A DNA stretch of 63,535 nt, filler included, from Octopus bimaculoides (Eukaryota), in NCBI RefSeq assembly GCF_001194135.2. It is 5 parts of 5 records of this genome, joined end to end, with 100 filler letters (N's around TTAATTAATTAA, not from the genome) between each part and the next. Parts side by side here need not be neighbours in the genome. Positions count along the whole stretch, not along the records: positions 39,795 to 42,091 come from NC_068999.1; positions 42,192 to 63,535 come from NC_068991.1; 3 more parts are not named here. The stretch is one strand, 5' to 3'. How positions within the stretch are numbered: position 1 is the stretch's first letter; every line of letters begins with the position of its first letter. The notes under the pieces were generated by a model. The model saw only the letters and a list, made by a program, of their open reading frames with translations, made no database searches and was not told the DNA's origin. The translations under genes and the position numbers were made by a program. Below are positions 40,098-51,638 of this stretch, in pieces.

Positions 40098-42091
40098 TAT
40101 AATATATTATTGTGACTGGAAGTGAAATAACTTAACAAAATAAAAATAAAAAATACAAATCATCCTTTCTCTCTTAAATAGCTTCTCTTAAATTTTTCGT
40201 TCTGTGGAATTTCTACGGGTCCCACGAGTATTCTTTAATTTATTAGTACAAAAATTCGTTACATCTGCAGGATACTAATGATTGCTTTCGGACTTTCTCT
40301 CATTTAGCCATCTTTTATTTAGTGTTTGTTAAGAAAATTGTGTCTAGATAATTGCCGGTATCATACATCTCTCTTCGATATATTAATGAAATGATTTGAA
40401 GCTCTGATGTTGAAGTTGAACTGTTCTCTTCAGCTTGTGCATCGTAATAAAAACTGTACTCTCACATTTTCAGTTACTCCTTGCTAAAATTTTAAAAGGA
40501 GCTCTAGAATTTAGCTTGCCCAGAATGACAACCACTCTAGAATAACAATCACTCTGTTCATATTCAGTCACGAGTCCTAGGCTGTGACCAGCTCCAATAA
40601 ATATTTCAACGTCAAATGTAGGTTTTAATTTAGCAGCCATGACAAATGGTTATATGACAAACGTATATCAACTGAAGCAGAGTAAACAACTGTAGGTTTT
40701 TTTCCTTTTGGAATTTTGAGAAGTCTAATTTCTCAAAGTCGGTACTTAGGCCGTGTTACATATCCCAGTGCCCTAATAATTACTGATATAAACCTGAACT
40801 TGAAATCTGGGTAAAGTAACCGTAGACTTCTCAATAGTTCAGCCTAGATATTTTCTCTTTCGTTGATCATTTTTAGCTTTATGTTAACACCCGCTGCATG
40901 TATGTATGTATGTATGTATGTATGTATGTATGTATGTATGTATGTATGTTGGGTGTGTATATGTATGTGTGTGTGTGTGTGTGTGTGTGTACATATATGT
41001 ATGTGTGTGTACATATATGTATGTGTGTGCGCACAAGTAGTTGAACAACAGTTTTTGAGCCTTTTACTTTTGATTCTTCCCTAACTTTTAACACACCGAC
41101 GTCATCCACATGCAATCTCATAGCCACCATAAAGCTGTGAGACACGTGTGAATATATCAATCTCTCTTTAACAGTATAATGAAACGATATAACGGCCTAT
41201 AAACAGCATTTGTTTACCAAACTCCGTTCTGAAAATCAACCCGAGTCTATAATCTTGTTCAAGACATCTTAAAGTGAAATTGTTGTATGTAAATTTGTAA
41301 CCGAATACTCACACATATTTGATACGTATAAATAACTTGTCTACGTACAAGCTTTCGAATAAACAGTTAACTGGCTTGTTAGCTTTCGGTGTTTTGAATT
41401 CGCTGCGGATACATGGAAAGCAATGAGCTCTGAGAGATAGATTTGCTGATAGAATATTATATAGGAAAACAGAACGTACAGTCATAGTACTCACTCAAGT
41501 ATGTGAGTATTATGCACGCGCGTGTGTGTGTGTGTGTGCGTGAGTAATCAAGTTGTTGGGATCACTGATGAGGTCGACAAGGCTGTAGGTTCAATTCCTG
41601 GACTAGGGTATTCGTTGTGCCTTTGAGTAAGACACTTTATTTAACATTGGCCCATTCTACTCAATTGTAAATGATTCCCAGCCAAATGCCGGTGCACCCT
41701 TTTCTTTTTGTAACTGTCACATCATCGACGTTCTTCTGGGTCAAAGGTGAAAAAAAAAACTTAACAGTGTCTATATCTGTCAACGACAAATAACCACCTA
41801 AAACAATTAGCCAAAGCATGATACTTGTTTACCAAGCCTTATTCGATATATATATATATATCCGTTTTAGCGATGCGTCCTGCCCAAGCTCGTCGAAACG
41901 CCGGTGTTAAAACGTGGGTGGCTGATGAAGGAGAATGTTCTCTATGTGGCTCGTGTGTTCTCGTCTACGTTTGTTTGCAATGTCCTGTACCCAGATATGC
42001 ACCTATACATACAGGTGGATGTCGGTATGCACATACCTGTACGTATATATGCATATACTCATTTACTATTTGTTTATATATATATATATAT

Positions 42092-42191
42092 NNNNNNNNN
42101 NNNNNNNNNNNNNNNNNNNNNNNNNNNNNNNNNNNTTAATTAATTAANNNNNNNNNNNNNNNNNNNNNNNNNNNNNNNNNNNNNNNNNNNN
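42092..42191. other. Artificial scaffold join (44 N + TTAATTAATTAA + 44 N)
   Basis: Same 100-bp spacer, 183 bp beyond the last dynein exon found. Confidence 0.95.
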
Positions 42192-42374
42192 TATATATAT
42201 ATATATATATTAGATAATAAAATGAATGGTTTATACCTAGTAACTTACTGGTAAAACAAACAAAAACGAAATACGGCCATACTCTATGATAGAGAATGAT
42301 GCCGGAAGGGTAAACAGCTTATACTGAGCCGAGTTCTTACAAAGAAGCTATAATTGAAAGAACATAAAACAAAC

Positions 42375-42536
42375 CTCTAAAATTTCACCTTTCTCTTCGG
42401 CTGTGAAGAGATTGGGAACAGCTCCAGTGTTGAGAAGACTGTCGATATCTTCTAGAAATCTCTCCTCTTTGATTTGCGTGTCAGTGATTAGGAATGATAC
42501 AGGCTTGTTTAGACCACCAGCTTCTTTTAGTACACT
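42375..42536 (-). CDS. DNAH12: Dynein HC exon 9 (162 nt): [54 protein letters not shown]
   Basis: Acceptor tttctag, donor gtttgt; AAA4 [17 protein letters not shown] and LLNTGxVPNLF; 54 codons. Confidence 0.92.
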
Positions 42537-42698
42537 CTAGAAAGACAGAACAAGAGGGAAGAAAGAATCATATTCAAAATGAATGCCATAAATGGAAGAA
42601 TTCAGTTAAGTTATAAGGAAAATCTCAATGTTGTTACTAGCACAAATTCAATTTTTCTGAACCTACAGTCCCTTATTATGTCACTGAAATAAAATAGG

Positions 42699-42742
<44 letters not shown>

Positions 42743-43643
42743 ATCCATTTTATTTTGTTTTGGTTTTCTTTCTTTTTTTCTTGGTTGGGGTGATAGGGCT
42801 AATGCATGTTGTAAGGTCAGTCTTCAGATCTTGCTGATAAAAACCAATGACAGAAATTCCCTGTGAAATAAAGCTGACAAAAAAAGCCTCTAAGTGGTTG
42901 CACAACATTCTATCCTTTGTCATTCTACTGCAAAAGGCTAAAAGTCCTGAGATTAGCCTTCAAAAATCGTCCAGTGTCTTTCTGGGTCTTTTTCTCTTCC
43001 ACCAGATCCATCAATATTAAACCCATAGTATTTCTTTTTGCAACTGCCCTCATTCATAGGCATCATATGCCCATACCAACACAGTCTTCTCTCCTGCACA
43101 CTACATCCTGACTCCACTTAACCCAGTTTTCTCTCGACACATTTGTACTTTGTCATTCATGCACACTGATGTTACATAACCAGCAGAGTACGCTAGCTTC
43201 AGTTCTTTCTAGTTTTCACAAGTCCTCTGCATTTGCAACCATGCAGCATTGCTGTTCATACACAAGCATCATACAATCTGCCTTTCACTCTGAGAGAGAA
43301 ACCTTTTGTTACCAACAGAGGTAATGGCTCTCTGAACTTTCTCCAGCCTACTCTTATTCTAGCAAAAATACACCAGTTGTTAAACAGTGTGTGAATGTGC
43401 ATGTATGGGGAAATACACACACGCACACACACACACACACACATACAAACACACACACACACACACACATACACACACACACACACACACATGGCAGGCT
43501 TTCACACAGCTTCTGTCTATCAAATTCATTCACAAGGCTTTTGTCTGCCTGGGGCCATAGTAGAATTCACTTGCCCAAGGTATCACACAGTGGGACTGAA
43601 CCCAAGACTATGTGGTTGCAAAGTGACCTTCTTAACAGCACAC

Positions 43644-43675
<32 letters not shown>

Positions 43676-44372
43676 CTTACCTATCTCCCCCTCTCGTTCT
43701 TCTTCCTTCTGTTCTCCTTGCTTCTCCCCTTCACTGCTATATCTCTCTCTTAGTCTTTCTCTTGCATACTTTTCTAAATTTCTGACAACCTAACCCTCAG
43801 TTTACCAATTTATTTTTCTGTCTCACAACACATAGTTCTAGATATCATTTTAATGCATCATACATCAAATATGTTTACATTAACCTAAACATACACCACT
43901 CTAGCTTTCTACCTGTCTCACCACTAAATTTATTTCTTGTTAGCTATTTAATAGTTTATATATAAAACAAGTTAATACTAACTTGCCCAGCTATCTGTTA
44001 ATCAATCTATCTCTTTATCTCTGTCTCACCACATATACATTTTTGGTTATCTTTATAATGTTCCAGGCATAATGTGATATAGTGTTGTCAAACCTTTCAC
44101 TCACACAATTCTGATATTTAAAACTTGTTTCATTACATCTATATAATTCTTCAAACAGTTTGTTGAGATTGTATACATACATACATACAAGTATGTATGT
44201 ATATATTATGTATCTTTACTTTCATATATGTATATGTATGTATATATATGTATGCGCATATATATATATGTATATATGTATGTATGCATATATATATATT
44301 TACTCCCTGTATTAAAAAATAAATAAAACTTGCTTTATTCATATACATACATATATATATATATATATACAT

Positions 44373-44421
<49 letters not shown>

Positions 44422-47400
44422 AACATATATATATATACACACAGATATAAACATACACACGTACACACACATATATATATTTAGTACATTAGTGCATTTT
44501 CAACTCTTATTTTTCTTATCTCTCTCTTTTACACACACACACATGTATATATATACATACATATATACACAAATATTTACACATCTATACATCGTTTTCT
44601 CAACCAAATCACTCTTCAGCTCACAGCGTTTGCAAAGTCTACAATCATTGTCTTTGCTTCTCCTCAACAACACAATGCCAGAAAAGGAAGAAGAAGAAGA
44701 AGACGAAGAAGAAGAAGAAGAAGAAGACGAAGAAGAAGAAGAGGCGGTGGCGGCGGATGCAGAGGAGGTGGTGGTGGTGGTAGTGGTGGCAGAGGAGGAA
44801 GAGGAGGAAGAGGAGGGGGGGGAGGAAGTGGAGGAGAAGAACAAGAAGAAGAAGACATACAACATGAATTCCTGCAAGTGAAACACCTTTCATTGGAGAT
44901 TCCTGAAAGCAAACACAATGTCAACCGCCCACCAAAATAGAAACTGTGAAGAACAACAGCAGCAACAAAGCCCTAGGAAAGAAATAAACAGCAAAGCTTC
45001 CAGCAAATCTTCTTCTTTTTTTTTTTTCCCCTCCATTCAAGAGACTATCAGAGTTACATGAGAGCCTTCATATTTCATGTCTGTTAAGAAAATTCAAGGC
45101 CAGTGTCTTAGTAGCAGATGGATTGGATAATGGAACGCATTGTTTCACTTATGGGCATCCATATGAAGACTCGTTCAGCTGTGGCTGGAGGTTATTACAC
45201 TTCATATAGTTAACCCTTGACATAGGACTAACTAGAAACGTTGTTTATATTTAGTATTTGGTTATGTCTGAAATACACCCTCAGACGAAGTATCTAAGTC
45301 TGAGAGGTGCTATTATTAATAAGATTATAATTCTCTGAACTATTAACCCTTGTCTTAAGAGTGTATAGCTTCAATACATACACTTACATGAACATTGTAT
45401 AAGTACAGTATGTATATACAAACAGTGAAGTTGTGCAGCTTAGTGGTTGGGGGTCTTTGGCTCACAACTGTAAGGTCATGAGTTCAATTTCTGGTGACAC
45501 ATTATGTCCTTGAGAAAGACACTTCATTTCACATTGCTGTAGTCCAATCAGCTGGCAAATACAGGGTGGCCCAAAAGTAGGTTTACAGTTATTCAACTAT
45601 CTCTTTCACATTCATATATTAACAGTTTAGATCTTCGTTATAACAAAAAATATGAAACTATTATTCTATGCTAATTTAGTTATTTGTAAGATAGAAATTT
45701 AAGTGTAATGAAATGCTTTAAAAGAAATTTCAAGTGCTTACATGATAACTGTACACCTACATTTAGGCCACCCTGTATGAGTTGTACTTGCATTTCAAAG
45801 AGCCAGTCTTGTCACATTCTGTGTCATGTTGAATCTTCCTGAGAACTATGTTAAGGGTACAAGTATCTGTGGAGTGCTTGGCCACATGCATGTTAATTTC
45901 ATTGATTGGATCAACTGGAACCCTCAGCAATGTAACCGATGGATTGCCAGTACATACACATATATATTTACCCAGTGCCGCTGGACTGGCTCCTGTGTAG
46001 GTGGCATGTAAAAAACACCCTTTTGAGTGTGGCCGTTGCCAGTACCGCCTGACTGGCCCTTGTGCCGGTGGCACATAAATGCACCCACTACACTCTTGGA
46101 GTGGTTGGTGTTAGGAAGGGCATCCAGCTGTAGAAACTCTGCCAGATCAGNNNNNNNNNNGTGTTAGGAAGGGCATCCAGCTGTAGAAACTCTGCCAGAT
46201 CAGACTGGAGCCTGGTGCAGCCATCTGGCTCACCAGTCCTCAGTCAAATCGTCCAACCCATGCTAGCATGGAAAGCAGACATTAAACAATAATGATGATG
46301 ATGATGGCAAGCAAAAAGCATCATCAGAACGTGGCTGATACCAGTGCTGCCTGACTGGGTCCCATGTCGGTGGCACGCAAAAAGCACCCACTAAACTCTC
46401 GGAGTGGTTGGCGTTAGGAAGGGTATCCAGATGTAGAAACCTTGCCAGATTAGACCGAAGCCTGGTGCAGCCTCCTGGCTTGCCAGTCCCCAGTCAAACC
46501 GTTCAACCCATGCCAGCATAGAAAACGGATGGTAAACGATGATGATGATGATGATGATGATGATGTATATATATATATATATAAGGTAATACAATTACCT
46601 TTATGTCTTCTCTCCATTCTGTCTTACCATAACTCTTGGTAATCTCTGGTTGGAACAAATGGTAGCAAGCCATTGCATTGGCTAATCGGGTCAAAGATTG
46701 GCGCCCGCTACCACCAACTCCTACCAAGAGAGCATTGCCACCAGGGGAACACAAAATCCGACAGATTCTTGATAAGTGCTCCAACACATATCTGCAGAGA
46801 GAGAAAGAGAGAGAAAGATGGGTATGATATATACATATAACAACACTGGGGTAACTCCCTGATGCTAATCCAAGTATTATAGTTCTAAGTTGATTAACAA
46901 TACTCAGAGTAGCAACAGAAAGTAATCTAAATACTGTAATAAAAAATTACACTTTAGTTCATAAGTGAGTACTTTTCCTTTGTAAATTCATGAATACAGC
47001 TATGATTTAAATGCAGGTGTAGCTAAGATGCAGGTAAGGCTTAAAGTCAGATATGAGTTAGACAGAGGTGTGGCTTAGATGCACATTTGGGTTAGACACA
47101 GGTGTGGGTTAGATGCAGGTGTAGGTTAGAGGCAGGTGTGGTTTATACACAAGTGTGGATAAGACACAGGTACAGCTTAGACACAGGTATGGCTTAGATG
47201 CAGGTGTGGCTTAGATTCAGGCTTGACTTAGACACAGGTGTGGCTGGGACAGAGATGAGGGTTAGACACAGGTGTGGATCAGACACAGGTAAAGCTTAGT
47301 TGCACAGATGTATGTTAGATGCGCATATGGCTTAGATGCAGTTGTGGCTAAGAAGTCTGCTTCCTAACCACAGAGTTTTGGTTTCAGTCCTACTGTGTAG

Positions 47401-49784
47401 CACCCTGGGTAAGCACCCTGGGTAAGCACCCTGGGTAAGTGAGTTTCACTATTGCAGTGGTGCTGGTGCAACATAAAAGGCATCGGGTACACTCTGTAAG
47501 GTGGTTGGTATTAGGAAGAGCATCCAGCCTTAGAAACCAGGCTAAAGTTGACAGAAGAACATGGTGCAGTCCTCTTCTCTGCCAATCCTTGTCAAATTAT
47601 CCAACCCATGCCAGCATGGAAAATGGACGTCAAACGATGATAATGATGATGATGATGATGATGATGACTGACCAAAGCCTTGTGAGTGGAGTTACTAGAT
47701 GGAAATGGAAAGAAGCCAGTTCATTGTATGTATATGTGTGTGTGTGTGTGTGTCATACAAACAGTGATGTTCATTTCCAAGACTGATTAGAAAACTTGTC
47801 CAGCCATGAGAAAAAATTACCTTGCTTGGAAACAGGCGAGGTTTGGTGACAGGAAGGGCATCTGGCTGTAAGGAAGGGCATCTGGCTGTAAGGAAGGGCA
47901 TCTGATCCATGAAATCATGGAAAAGTGGACATAAGACGATGATAAGGATGACAATGTTGTTGATGATGATGATGCATACACATTGCATACATACATACAT
48001 ACACACACACTACATATATTACACATATTGTGTATATGTACATATGCAAGCATTTGTGTATGGTGACCTCACGGAGGCAATGATAAGTGACCGAGACTTT
48101 GAGAAGTCCCATCAAGCCAAGTGAAATTGTAGTTGTCACCGAAGCCACTGTCAAGTTGCTAGCACCGATTACATTCTTGGAGTGGTTGGCATTAGGAAGG
48201 GCATCCAGCCGTAGAAACCATGACAAGTCAAATTGGAACCTGGCCTCCAGTTTACCAGTTTCAGTCAAACCCATGGAAAGCAGACACTAAATAATGATGA
48301 ATGATGTACATGTTGGCAATAGTCTGTGTATATATATATATATATATTTATGTAGCGTGTCTTACCGAAATATGACCAGATCCATTGTAGTTTTGTGGGT
48401 ATTGTTGTATTCGTCCATGTATGTGTAAACAACCTGATACATATCGTCCAGTGACTTCACTTCGGTATACACTCTTTCATCTATCATGGCATCTGGGTTC
48501 ATGTAGTCCCCAAACATCAAGTTGTGAAAGTCTTCTTCACACACCTGGATAACAGCAACATTGCAACAATCGATCATTAATAAACAGTCTCTTACGATAA
48601 TGATGATGGACAAGGCAGTAACGACAGGGATGTTGGTAGTGATTATTGTGATCGTAGGAAAACAAAAGACGAAGACAGATGTATGAACGACAAGCAGGTG
48701 TACTAGTTTGAAGCTCAGGAAAAATGAAAAAGTCTTTTACGTTTTGAACCTACACTCTTCAACAGAAAAGAATAAGAGAAAATAAACAGAGAGAGAATAA
48801 AAGAAAAAACTTGTAGATTTCAGTAGTCCAGCATATATATATATATATATATATATAAGGATTTACTTTTCGTAATGAGATAAAAAACCAAGGCTGTGTA
48901 TATTTTAGAACATTTATAAATAGATGGTCTTACAGCTGTTTCTAGGATATTTATTATATCCCTTCATCGGAGAGGATGGTTAAGCAATAGTTAATTTAGA
49001 TAAGATAGGAAATAGAAAGTGAATTGCAGGAACGAAAACAGATGTGAGATATTTATTATTTAAGGCAACGAGTGAGCAGAATCATTAGCATGCTGGGCAA
49101 AATGCTTCACAGCAGTTTGTCCATCTTTATGTTCTGAGTTCAAATTCCAACAAGGACAACTTTGTCTTTCATCCTTTCAGGGTTGATAAATTAAGTACCA
49201 GTTTGAGTACTGGGGGTCAATGTAACTGACTTATCTTCTCCCCACAAAATTTCAGGCCTTGCACCATTAGTAGAAAGGATTGTTGTTATTATTATTATTA
49301 TTATTATTATTGTTATTATTATTATTATNNNNNNNNNNNNNNNNNNNNNNNNNNNNNNNNNNNNNNNNNNNNNNNNNNNNNNNNNNNNNNNNNNNNNNNN
49401 NNNNNNNNNNNNNNNNNNNNNNNNNNNNNNNNNNNNNNNNNNNNNNNNNNNNNNNNNNNNNNNNNNNNNNNNNNNNNNNNNNNNNNNNNNNNNNNNNNNN
49501 NNNNNNNNNNNNNNNNNNNNNNNNNNNNNNNNNNNNNNNNNNNNNNNNNNNNNNNNNNNNNNNNNNNNNNNNNNNNNNNNNNNNNNNNNNNNNNNNNNNN
49601 NNNNNNNNNNNNNNNNNNNNNNNNNNNNNNNNNNNNNNNNNNNNNNNNNNNNNNNNNNNNNNNNNNNNNNNNNNNNNNNNNNNNNNNNNNNNNNNNNNNN
49701 NNNNNNNNNNNNNNNNNNNNNNNNNNNNNNNNNNNNNNNNNNNNNNNNNNNNNNNNNNNNNNNNNNNNNNACAACAACAACAAC

Positions 49785-49818
<34 letters not shown>

Positions 49819-50844
49819 GCGACAAGCACTCAGAGAGCGCAAACCTCTGCCAAGGCAACACCAACATCCTCTCAACGATTAGCCAGGGAGGATTTTTTAA
49901 ATGAGAATATCTGAAATAAACTTGGCCACTCTTACAAACAGGAATACTAAAAATGAACCCGACCGCTCTCAAAAATCGAGTAAAAAAACCCGGAAAAATA
50001 ATCCAGAATCCTTGTCCGGTACCGGATCTGTCCCAAAATTTAATCAGTTTGTGCCAGTCACGAGGTCAAACATCCCTGAAAGTTACATCCAAATCCATCC
50101 AGTGGTTCTTGAGATATCTTGTCCACGGACAGACAAACAAACAAACAAATGCAACTGAAAACAATACCTCCACCTTCACTAAGGCGGAGGTAATAATAAT
50201 AGCAACAACAAGAATAATAATAATAATAAGAGTGATGCTTCTATCTACTTGTCTACAGTATCCAGTATTGGAATATTCTTTTCTGCAGAGATTCAACTGG
50301 TTGTGACAGCCAGCAGAAAAGGGAAGGAAAGAAAAAAAACCGTTTACATAATCTAAGTATTCTTCAGAAGAAGAGAGCTTTTGCTGCTGTCTGTAATGGC
50401 TGCAGGCTATGGTTGACACTCGCACACACAGACACACACACACATAAGAAAGTGTGTGTGTGTGTGTGTGTGTGCATGTGTGTGTGTGTGTGTGTATGGA
50501 TATGTATGCACATGCATATATATATATATATATATATACACACAGATATATATATCCACACACACGTGTGTGTGTGTATGGATATGTATGCACATATATA
50601 CATATATATACACACACACACACACGCAACATATATATTCACACGCAAGTGTGTGTGTGTGTGTATATCTTTAGCTTAAATGGATGGAATAACATGGAAA
50701 ATGAATAAAAAAATGTATATAACAAAAAACAAACATGCACATTCAATATATACATACATATATATACATATACGCACACATACATACATACATACACGCA
50801 TATATATACATATATGTATAAGTACATCTTTTCCTCTCTCTCTC

Positions 50845-50916
<72 letters not shown>

Positions 50917-51570
50917 TACATACATATAAGTACACACACATGTGTTTTGTGTGTGTTTGTATATCAGTACATATGCATGAGTGTGAATGTGTGCTTATTT
51001 GTGTATATATCTTTTACCTGGACATGGATGCATACTACACATTTCTAATGGAAACCTGCGCATAAAATGATATACACACTGCTCTTGCTTTCATCAACAG
51101 GTGATGAAGTGACCAGGATGAGAGCATTACCAGATTTTATAGATGCTGGTATTGCTATTATATTTCTTCAAATATCTATATATATATCCACGCTATCTTT
51201 CAGAAATGTTATAGTCTTTCTACTTCACTGAGCCCTTTGCTAAACTCCTGCATTAAGAAATATTCTTCTCATTATATCTGTGAAATATTCATTATCATCA
51301 CTGATATCATACAAGCACACAAATAAAAAATATACATAAAGCTGATGTACAAACGATGATAATGATATGTGTGGTGTGTATGTATATACATATGTATAAG
51401 TGTGTGTGTGTGTGTATACACATACACACACATATATATATATATACAAACACACACACAGATATATATATATACACATACCTATACACATGTGCATACA
51501 AGTATATACTTAGATACATTGATACATAAGTAGACAAATACACACACAGATAGATAGATAGACAGGTAGG

Positions 51571-51638
<68 letters not shown>

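Noticed and set aside
41309-41494. Minus-strand ORF as the next dynein exon after exon 9
   Set aside because: It has no similarity to the expected LHxxxxFSPIGDAFRxRLRxFPSLINCCTIDWF segment, and it lies beyond a scaffold join in a CpG-rich block.
16219-42147. Recurrent TTAATTAATTAA palindrome
   Set aside because: Always centred in exactly 44 N on each side. It is an assembly linker with stops in six frames, not a biological motif.
46108-46203. 43-bp direct repeat around a 10-N gap
   Set aside because: An identical overlap on either side of a tiny gap within one retroposon; an assembly artefact.
51101-51148. Possible 48-nt plus-strand exon (cag|GTGATGAAG...GATGCTG|gtattg; [15 protein letters not shown]) of a nested antisense gene
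   Set aside because: The donor is weak, I recognise no homology, and I found no partner exons. Such a match is expected by chance in 60 kb.
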